A stretch of 33,103 nucleotides of DNA from a virus: the UHGV virus genome UHGV-0224796, one strand, 5' to 3'. The notes under the pieces are model-generated. The model searched no databases and was not told the DNA's origin. It saw only the letters and a program-made list of their open reading frames with translations. The stretch's first letter is position 1. Each line of letters opens with the position of its first letter. A program made the translations under genes and the position numbers. This document shows positions 1-6,260 of the stretch, in pieces.

Positions 1-195
1 CAGACGCAGCAGGAACGTTATGTCAAGGAGGGCTTTGACATCCTCGACGACAGCGGAAAACTCGTGCGGCATGGCGCAGGCAAAACCGTGCCTTACGACA
101 AATTCCAGACGGTGGCCAACGAGAACACCGCCCTGAAAAAGCAGCTCAAAACCGCACAGGAAGCCTTGAAAAAGGTAAAAGAGCAGAAGGATTGA
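1..195 (+). CDS. 3' part of small head-associated protein spanning the window ends (joins 33065..33103)
   Basis: Open frame from base 1 (QTQQERYVKEGFDILDDSGK...EQKD, TGA 193-195). It is in frame with the 13 codons MKATKGNKVYTID at the window end, giving a 77 aa gene directly after the major capsid gene. Confidence 0.85.
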   Translation, partial: QTQQERYVKEGFDILDDSGKLVRHGAGKTVPYDKFQTVANENTALKKQLKTAQEALKKVKEQKD

Positions 196-202
196 TGCAA
201 GG

Positions 203-571
203 ATGCGTTATGTTACGATAGATGACTACATGCGTATCTGCCCGGAAGGAGACGCAACGCAGCAAAATTTGGAATCCGCCGAGTATGACATTGATAGCTT
301 GACCTTCAACCGGATTATCGGTCAAGGATTTGATCGACTGGCGGAGCGGCAGAAGGAGCTTGTGACAAGGGCTGTCTGCTTACAGGCGGATTTTTTGCGC
401 GAATATGGCGAGTTGCTCAGCAATCCGCTCACCTCTTATGCGATCAACGGGGTATCCATGTCGTGGGATAAATCCATGTTGGTACAGCAGGATGGCGTCA
501 GTACCCTGCGCAGCATTTATGCGCTCTTGCAGCAATCGGGGCTCACCTACCGTGGGCTGGATTGGGGGTGA
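203..571 (+). CDS. Head-tail connector/adaptor protein
   Basis: 122 aa; IDSLTFNRI and LLQQSGLTYRG motifs typical of A118-like head completion proteins; synteny after capsid. Confidence 0.7.
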   Translation: MRYVTIDDYMRICPEGDATQQNLESAEYDIDSLTFNRIIGQGFDRLAERQKELVTRAVCLQADFLREYGELLSNPLTSYAINGVSMSWDKSMLVQQDGVSTLRSIYALLQQSGLTYRGLDWG

Positions 572-918
572 CGCGCTTGAAATGGCCGCAGCTCGTGCCG
601 TCGCAGGCCTGCTGCACACCGATCACCGTGCAGCTGCAAACGGGCCTGAATCTCGACGGTACGCCGAAACAAGAGACCATTTTTGAAGGCAAATGCAATT
701 ACTCCGAGAGATCCCGGCAGGTCATGAACGCCGAACGGCAGCTCATCCAGCTCAATGCCTGCGCGTTGATCCCCGGCGATATTGCACCGGGCCGGGATAT
801 CGCTGGCGAGGTGGTTATCCGCGGCGCCGGGGCAGAAACCGTCCGGGTGATCTACAGCGCATCCCGCGCGCGGAACCCGGACGGCACGGTAAATTATACG
901 CAACTGGAGTTGGTCTGA
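562..918 (+). CDS. Head closure / minor structural protein
   Basis: About 118 aa ending RNPDGTVNYTQLELV; position in head-tail module; start uncertain (562-577). Confidence 0.65.
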   Translation: MGVTRLKWPQLVPSQACCTPITVQLQTGLNLDGTPKQETIFEGKCNYSERSRQVMNAERQLIQLNACALIPGDIAPGRDIAGEVVIRGAGAETVRVIYSASRARNPDGTVNYTQLELV

Positions 919-1298
919 TGGACGGCATCCGAATCGAACTTGACTATGCAGCGATCGAAAAGTTAGAAAAGGCAGTTCTGCGCGCGGTGGAGGACACGGT
1001 GGATGAATTGAGGTCAGATGTTGTCAAAGAGCAGGTCATGCCTTATGACAGCGGAGACATGCAAAACAACTCTACTTTCGCCGAAACCTTTCGTTCCGAT
1101 GGCAAAATCGTGTCCCTGCTCACAACAGACGCCCCGCAGGCCCGCCGCCTGTACTATCATCCAGAGTACAACTTCCAGACCGTCAACAACCCCAACGCCG
1201 GCGGCCTCTGGTTGGAGCCTTGGCAGCCTGGTGGCAGGCACGAGACCTTCGCACAGGATAAATTTGCTGAGTTATATAAAGAGGAGGCAAAGCTGTGA
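918..1298 (+). CDS. Neck/minor capsid protein (Minor_capsid_2-like)
   Basis: ATG 918 overlaps the upstream stop; MPYDSGDMQ and APQARRLYYHPEYNF...NPNAGGLW motifs. Confidence 0.75.
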   Translation: MDGIRIELDYAAIEKLEKAVLRAVEDTVDELRSDVVKEQVMPYDSGDMQNNSTFAETFRSDGKIVSLLTTDAPQARRLYYHPEYNFQTVNNPNAGGLWLEPWQPGGRHETFAQDKFAELYKEEAKL

Positions 1299-1702
1299 CC
1301 CTGACCCTTGAACAGGTCGCCGGATGGCTGCTTAAACAAGATGCGGAACTGAATGGCCGCGTGACCGTCGGTGCGATTGATGCGAATCTGGATCGCTGCG
1401 TGGGCGTGTACAACGATAACCGCGCATCCGGTGGCCAGCGAATCTGCATCGGCGGTGAGGCCTACACCCGGTACGCTTACAAATATGTGACACTGCTCGT
1501 CCACTGGACGACGAACCCCTCTGCGGCGGAAAAGAAAGCCATAGAGCTGTATGAAAAGCTCTATGGCCTGTCTCATATCGAGATGGGCGGCATACAGGTG
1601 GTTTTCGTCGATCCCGGCGCCGCCCCGGTTCCAGTCGGACGGGACGTGAAAAAAGTGTATGAGTATGTGATCAACCTAAAGATATGCTACAGAAAGGAAT
1701 GA
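1295..1702 (+). CDS. Tail terminator / minor capsid 3-like protein
   Basis: 135 aa; GTGA overlap; ends VGRD...YEYVIN; lies immediately before the major tail gene. Confidence 0.7.
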   Translation: MTLTLEQVAGWLLKQDAELNGRVTVGAIDANLDRCVGVYNDNRASGGQRICIGGEAYTRYAYKYVTLLVHWTTNPSAAEKKAIELYEKLYGLSHIEMGGIQVVFVDPGAAPVPVGRDVKKVYEYVINLKICYRKE

Positions 1703-1708
1703 TGTTTG

Positions 1709-2161
1709 ATGCCGAAAACAGGTGTTTTTCCGGTCTTTGACAATAAATTTAAGATCAGCAAATCCGGGCGGTCCAGCACCACAGAGGAAATGGTGCCCAT
1801 CGCGGAAATGACTAGCTTCTCCGTCTCGATCGACGGCAGTGTGCAGGAATGGACACCGATGGATGCGGAGGGCTGGATGAAGCGCATGACGACCGGCAAG
1901 GCGCTGACAGTATCCCTCTCCGGCAAGCTGTGCCCTGGTGATCCCGGTAACGATTATGTTGCAGGCCTCGCATGGAAATCCGGCACGGATTGCGATACGA
2001 AATTCGAGTGGGAGTTTCCTTCCGGCACGAAGCTGGCGTTCGAAGCAGTGGTCAGCGTGACCGCGATCGGCGGCGGAGAAAGCACGGATGTGGCCCCTCT
2101 GGAGTTCGATGTGATGTCGCACGGACGGCCCTCGTTTACGCCGGCGTCGTCGGCGGGATAA
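1709..2161 (+). CDS. Major tail (tube) protein
   Basis: RBS AAAGGA; KTGVFPVF, EWTPMDAEGW, GDPGNDY and LEFDVMSHGRP motifs typical of siphophage tail tubes. Confidence 0.85.
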   Translation: MPKTGVFPVFDNKFKISKSGRSSTTEEMVPIAEMTSFSVSIDGSVQEWTPMDAEGWMKRMTTGKALTVSLSGKLCPGDPGNDYVAGLAWKSGTDCDTKFEWEFPSGTKLAFEAVVSVTAIGGGESTDVAPLEFDVMSHGRPSFTPASSAG

Positions 2162-2170
2162 ACGAAAAGA

Positions 2171-2196
2171 GGCCCTCCTCAATTTTGAGGGGGGCC
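2171..2196. terminator. Hairpin between convergent major tail and Mrr-like genes
   Basis: GGCCCTCCTC-AATTTT-GAGGGGGGCC stem-loop, A-run on its left side. Confidence 0.65.
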
Positions 2197-2214
2197 ACGC
2201 ACTAATTGGCGTTC

Positions 2215-2982
2215 TTAACGATAAACGGTTTCCCAATCGTTGGCTTTAAGCATTTCTATTAATTTCTCTCTATCCCACAAAAGCACTTTGCAAGATGATG
2301 CCAATTCTTTTGCACCTGCTGTGAAATAGTTGTTGGTGACGACAACACCAACATGGCACCCGTAGTGTTGTCGACCTGCATTTACTTCTTGGACTGGGGT
2401 GTTTCCTAAAGCATGTGAGTAGCGCTTGCATTGAATGGCATAACGAATCCCATCTTTCTCGGCCAAAACGTCAACACCTTGATCTCCAGAGCCTCCGGTG
2501 GATTGCACGTTTTCATATCCGGAATTTTGCAACAGCTTTATAAAAAACAACTCAAATTTTGGACCTTGCATTTGATCTATAAGATCAATCCAATATACTG
2601 GTTGGTCAGGAGGCTCAGCGGATGCATTGTCCGGAAGAGAACCTGTATCCTTGCCAGCACACCCCATTTCTCTTAATTTTACTTCGATCTCGTCAATATC
2701 TTTCTGGGATTTATTCATCTTGTGGGATAAAATAGCCAGTTGAATGCCCAAAGCAATCAGAGTACAGCTAGACGGCTTTTTTTGCGGGAAGAAACGAGAA
2801 AAGATGTATATTACTAAAAATATAACACCGGCAAAAATGCACGATCCGATGAGCCAATTAAAAAATCGCGTAAATCCCTGTCCCGGGATATTTCCAGAAA
2901 ACGCAGCCCAAATTGCATATATAACAGCAAATATAGCACCGATAGACCAACGATCTAAATATTTTTTGACAAAATTCCTCAT
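2215..2982 (-). CDS. Membrane-anchored Mrr-family (type IV-like) restriction endonuclease domain protein
   Basis: Start 2982 with RBS GGAGGGG; N-terminal hydrophobic segments; C-terminal FELFF...GGSGDQGVDVLAEKDGIRYAIQCKRY...VQEV, a PD-(D/E)xK Mrr_cat pattern. Confidence 0.85.
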   Translation of the reverse strand: MRNFVKKYLDRWSIGAIFAVIYAIWAAFSGNIPGQGFTRFFNWLIGSCIFAGVIFLVIYIFSRFFPQKKPSSCTLIALGIQLAILSHKMNKSQKDIDEIEVKLREMGCAGKDTGSLPDNASAEPPDQPVYWIDLIDQMQGPKFELFFIKLLQNSGYENVQSTGGSGDQGVDVLAEKDGIRYAIQCKRYSHALGNTPVQEVNAGRQHYGCHVGVVVTNNYFTAGAKELASSCKVLLWDREKLIEMLKANDWETVYR

Positions 2983-3051
2983 ATTTACCCCTCCCGTCGC
3001 CTCATAGAATAGCACGTAAAGAAATAAATGTAAAGTTTTTTGAAAAACCTC

Positions 3052-3098
3052 TTGACTTTTTGCAATGCATAAATTAGAATAAATGTAGTGCAAAAAGT
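3052..3098 (+). promoter_or_regulatory. SigA promoter with inverted-repeat operator
   Basis: TTGACT (3052-3057), 17 nt, TAGAAT (3075-3080); inverted repeat ACTTTTTGCA (3055-3064) / TGCAAAAAGT (3089-3098). Confidence 0.7.
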
Positions 3099-3109
3099 GA
3101 GGTGATGAT

Positions 3110-3283
3110 TTGAGCCCACGAACAGGTCGCCCAAAAGCAGAAAACCCTAAGGCGGTCAGTGTTACAATTCGCTTGGATGCCGATACAGAATCAAAGCTAA
3201 GAGAGTATTGCAAGGAAAGCGGCATTAAACGAGGCGAAGCCATACGCCGGGGAATTCATCTGTTGTTGGCGCAAAAAAAATAG
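3110..3283 (+). CDS. Ribbon-helix-helix (CopG/Arc-like) regulator, 57 aa, not in ORF track
   Basis: RBS GAGGTG, TTG start; MSPRTGRPKAENPKAVSVTIRLDADTESKLREYCKESGIKRGEAIRRGIHLLLAQKK. Confidence 0.8.
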   Translation: MSPRTGRPKAENPKAVSVTIRLDADTESKLREYCKESGIKRGEAIRRGIHLLLAQKK

Positions 3284-3347
3284 AAACAGCCCGCCACCCT
3301 GGAAAAGTTACGGACTGTCTCTATTGTACGAGGTATCTCTACCTGTG
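3273..3347 (-). ncRNA. Putative antisense sRNA 1 (about 75 nt)
   Basis: Minus-strand TTGAAG (3377-3382), 17 nt, TG-a-TATAAT (3354-3359). A 13-bp stem (3281-3293 / 3311-3323) pairs fully only on the minus strand and is followed by U8. Confidence 0.55.
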
Positions 3348-3405
3348 AAATCTATTATATCATAGGTAGGGTGCCACTTCAAGTAAATTGAAGGAGGTGT
3401 TTTTT

Positions 3406-3696
3406 ATGTCCAAAAACATTACCAAAGCCGAGGCGGCAAACGTCCTCTCGGATGAAATCTTTGATCTCAGCATAGCGATTGAAAAGGCTCGCGTTGTTAT
3501 GCAGGAGATTACGAACGGCTATTTTCAAAAATTAAGTAACGAAGTGGAAGGAGATCGTACGTCAATACTTTGGGATTTCAATCGCGTTGGAGTTTTCGCG
3601 GAGATTGCTGACGATCTCATGCTTAAGATGTGCCAGATCGTAGAGGAATTAAACGGCCTCAAAAATGCAGATACAAAGGAGGAAAAAGTAGCATGA
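3406..3696 (+). CDS. Hypothetical protein in antirepressor operon
   Basis: RBS AAGGAGGTG, ATG 3406, 96 aa. Confidence 0.7.
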   Translation: MSKNITKAEAANVLSDEIFDLSIAIEKARVVMQEITNGYFQKLSNEVEGDRTSILWDFNRVGVFAEIADDLMLKMCQIVEELNGLKNADTKEEKVA

Positions 3697-3842
3697 CAAG
3701 CGCAGAATATTACCTCCGCTGTATCGCCGACCTTTGCGCCGGTATGTCTGAGGCGCAGCTTGAAAGAGCCTATCGTTGGGCGCGAGCGGTCTGGCTGAAC
3801 GGAGACGGAACGCAAAACAAGAAAAAGGAGAATGTAGCATGA
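3693..3842 (+). CDS. Small hypothetical protein (49 aa)
   Basis: RBS AAGGAGG; ATGA overlaps at both ends. Confidence 0.65.
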   Translation: MTSAEYYLRCIADLCAGMSEAQLERAYRWARAVWLNGDGTQNKKKENVA

Positions 3843-4582
3843 ATAATCTTACCGTATTCAACAACGATATCATCCCGGTATACACCACTGACACAGGGGA
3901 AAAGGTCGTCATTGGCCGCGAACTGCATGAGAGGCTTAAAATTGCAACCGATTACAAGGACTGGTTCCCTCGGATGTGCGAGTATGGTTTTTCAGAGCCT
4001 AAAGACTTTAGCTCATTTTTGAGCGAAAGTAAGGGTGGTCGTCCTCCCGTCAATCACATCCTCGCCCTTGACATGGCAAAGCATATCGCTATGATCCAGC
4101 GTACCACACAGGGCAAGGAAATCCGCGACAAGCTCATCTCCCTCGAAACGCGGGTGCAGGAACTCTCCCCGGAGCTCCGCCTCCTCATCAATTTGGAGAT
4201 GCGCCAGAGGGAACAGGACAGAGCCATTGCAGAGGTCAATCAACGCGTGGACGATATCAAAGATGTTGTTGCCCTGAACCCACGGTCATGGCGCGAGGAG
4301 GCTCGCAAGCTGATCGTAAAGATCGCCCAGTCGATGGGCGGGAATGAGTTCATCCGCGACGTGCAGGCCGAAATTTTCGCCCTGGTGGACGAGCGGGCCG
4401 GTGTCAGCCTTGCCACCCGCCTGACGAACAAGCGCCGCCGCATGGCAGATGAAGGCGTTTGCAAATCCAAGCGCGACAAACTCAACAAGGTTGATGTGAT
4501 CGCGGACGACAAAAAGCTCATCGAAATTTATCTCGCGGTCGTGAAGGAAATGGCCGTGCAGCGTGGTGCGAAGATCGCGTAA
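3839..4582 (+). CDS. AntA/AntB-family phage antirepressor
   Basis: VIGRELHERLKIATDYKDWFPRMCEYGF and LDMAKHIAMIQRT motifs; RBS AAGGAG. Confidence 0.85.
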   Translation: MNNLTVFNNDIIPVYTTDTGEKVVIGRELHERLKIATDYKDWFPRMCEYGFSEPKDFSSFLSESKGGRPPVNHILALDMAKHIAMIQRTTQGKEIRDKLISLETRVQELSPELRLLINLEMRQREQDRAIAEVNQRVDDIKDVVALNPRSWREEARKLIVKIAQSMGGNEFIRDVQAEIFALVDERAGVSLATRLTNKRRRMADEGVCKSKRDKLNKVDVIADDKKLIEIYLAVVKEMAVQRGAKIA

Positions 4583-4593
4583 GCATAGATATC

Positions 4594-4619
4594 GCCCGCA
4601 CTTGCGATCAGGTGCGGGC
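4594..4619. terminator. Hairpin between convergent ant and HTH genes
   Basis: GCCCGCACTTG-CGAT-CAGGTGCGGGC. Confidence 0.65.
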
Positions 4620-4632
4620 ATCAATTATAACT

Positions 4633-4842
4633 TTATCCAGCCTTATTGACAGACAGGGTTGCATCCAATGCCGAAACGATCTTTTGCAGCGTTACCAGTG
4701 TGGGAACGCTTTTCTTGCTCTCAATTCTGGCAACGACGGATTGCGTCAGGCCGCAGGCTTTTGCTAAGTCCTGTTGTGTCCAGCCTCTGGCCTTTCGCAG
4801 CTCGATCAACTCGTCAATGAGCCGGGCGCACTGTTCAGGCAC
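4633..4842 (-). CDS. XRE-family HTH regulator
   Basis: LRKARGWTQQDLAKACGLTQSVVARIES...PTLVTL; overlaps the end of the upstream DUF2442-like gene. Confidence 0.85.
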   Translation of the reverse strand: MPEQCARLIDELIELRKARGWTQQDLAKACGLTQSVVARIESKKSVPTLVTLQKIVSALDATLSVNKAG

Positions 4843-5134
4843 TTACCGCACCTCCCGCCGCCGTTCCCTCCCGATACAGCGTCTCTGGGGCGATATCGAT
4901 ATCGCCATCGTTCCATACGGTCACGCCGTAGTCGATATAGACTGCGCGGAATACGTCCTTGTCCGCCAGCGGAGCAAAGGCAGGATAATCTAAAAACGGC
5001 TTAAAGTCGAATATTTTTGCCTCTCCCGTATTGAACCGTACCCACAGCTTAAAATCATCGAGCGGACGAACGCCGCAGACCTTGATCGCCGGAGAAGGTT
5101 CTCCGGCATAAGCAATACCATCTACTATATACAT
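4835..5134 (-). CDS. DUF2442-like putative antitoxin
   Basis: RBS AAGGAGGAG; VRPLDDFKLWVRFNTGEAKIFD...VTVWNDGDIDIAPETLY. Confidence 0.75.
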   Translation of the reverse strand: MYIVDGIAYAGEPSPAIKVCGVRPLDDFKLWVRFNTGEAKIFDFKPFLDYPAFAPLADKDVFRAVYIDYGVTVWNDGDIDIAPETLYREGTAAGGAVSA

Positions 5135-5150
5135 TGCTCTACTCCTCCTT

Positions 5151-5417
5151 TTATCTAAGCGGTTCGATTTTCCCAAACGGCTCATTTCTAACAGCCATGT
5201 TCCAGGCTCTGTAAAGCTCTTCTTCATGGATTGCGGCCCAGGCCTGCACAAGCTTCAACTGCTTGATCGGCAAAGAACCTGCGAGCAGCTCGCCATCCAC
5301 GCCGACTGAAGCTTCATATTCTGCATAGTAAACATGAAAATGCGGCTTGCTGTGCTGCCCGTTATCGGAATAGATCATTTTAATGATGATGTTATAAAAC
5401 CTGCATAACTCCGGCAT
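5151..5417 (-). CDS. DUF4160-like putative toxin
   Basis: MPELCRFYNIIIKM...HSKPHFHVYY...GSLP...AWAAIHEEEL; typical partner of DUF2442. Confidence 0.8.
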   Translation of the reverse strand: MPELCRFYNIIIKMIYSDNGQHSKPHFHVYYAEYEASVGVDGELLAGSLPIKQLKLVQAWAAIHEEELYRAWNMAVRNEPFGKIEPLR

Positions 5418-5438
5418 CTGCTCATCTCCTTTAATTAT

Positions 5439-5483
5439 ATTATAGCGTATTCGCTATCAAATATCAATAGCTAATTAGCTATT
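5439..5483 (-). promoter_or_regulatory. Promoter and two palindromic operators of the TA-like operon
   Basis: TTGATA (5462-5467), 17 nt, TATAAT (5439-5444) on minus; palindromes ATAGCG-TATT-CGCTAT (5442-5457) and ATAGCT-AATT-AGCTAT (5467-5482). Confidence 0.7.
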
Positions 5484-5528
5484 ATTTTTTTCGCTTTACT
5501 TTGCTTTATGCTATACAACCAAACAGCG

Positions 5529-5561
5529 AAAGCGTCTATCTCAACCGAGGTAGGCGCTTTT
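5529..5561 (+). terminator. Terminator-like hairpin upstream of tail chaperone gene
   Basis: AAAGCGTCTATCTC-AACC-GAGGTAGGCGCTTTT. Confidence 0.6.
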
Positions 5562-5596
5562 GTTATATAAAAAATCATATTTGGAGGAATCGAATT

Positions 5597-5914
5597 ATGG
5601 GAAAGCTCTACACACTCGATCAGAAGTTGCTTACCAACACGCCGGAAATTCGGATTGGAGAGAAAATCTATCCGATCGACGACCGGACGAAAACAGTCAT
5701 GAAAGCAACAAAACTGGACACCGCCAACGTGGAAAATGTCTCCAAAATCCTGGAACTTGCCCTCGGTCAAAAGGCTGCCAAAGAGGTGGAGGAGATGAAC
5801 TTACCCTTCGCTGCCTACCAGCAATTGCTGGAGATCATCATCGCGGCGATGACAGGTGAGGAGCCAGAAGAAGTGAGTGCCCGATTTCAGAAAGCCAAAG
5901 AAACAGCAAAATGA
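5597..5914 (+). CDS. Tail assembly chaperone
   Basis: RBS GGAGG, ATG 5597, 105 aa; lies between major tail and tape measure genes. Confidence 0.75.
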   Translation: MGKLYTLDQKLLTNTPEIRIGEKIYPIDDRTKTVMKATKLDTANVENVSKILELALGQKAAKEVEEMNLPFAAYQQLLEIIIAAMTGEEPEEVSARFQKAKETAK

Positions 5915-6260
5915 TGAAGAAACGTGGTATGATCTCGAATTTGACCATGTCTTGATTGAACAGAGCATCGCCAAGCAATATGGCGTGCTGCCGTCCGAGC
6001 AGGGCGCGCTCAAATACAGCGACTGGGCCAAGATGGTATCCGGCCTGATGGATGATACCCCGCTGGGGCGTGTCGTGGCCGTCCGGTCAGAAAAAGACCG
6101 GGAGATGATCCGGCACATGAACAAATGGCAGAAGCAAATCCGCGCAGACTGGACCGCCTTCCGTGCCTCGAGCCGTCCGCAGGTCGATGTGACGGAGGCC
6201 AAAAAGCAGATGGCCGCGCTGGAGAAGATGCTTGCGGGCCTGTTTGGAGGTGGGAAGTAA
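5877..6260 (+). CDS. Gp15-like second tail assembly chaperone (possibly a frameshift extension)
   Basis: WYDLEFD...QYG...GLMDDTPLGRVVAVRSEKD, resembling A118 Gp15; no well-spaced RBS. Confidence 0.75.
   Translation: MPDFRKPKKQQNDEETWYDLEFDHVLIEQSIAKQYGVLPSEQGALKYSDWAKMVSGLMDDTPLGRVVAVRSEKDREMIRHMNKWQKQIRADWTAFRASSRPQVDVTEAKKQMAALEKMLAGLFGGGK

Noticed and set aside
2983..3243. N-terminal extension of the Mrr-like ORF to 3243
   Set aside because: Overlaps the plus-strand RHH gene and its promoter; a good RBS supports start 2982.
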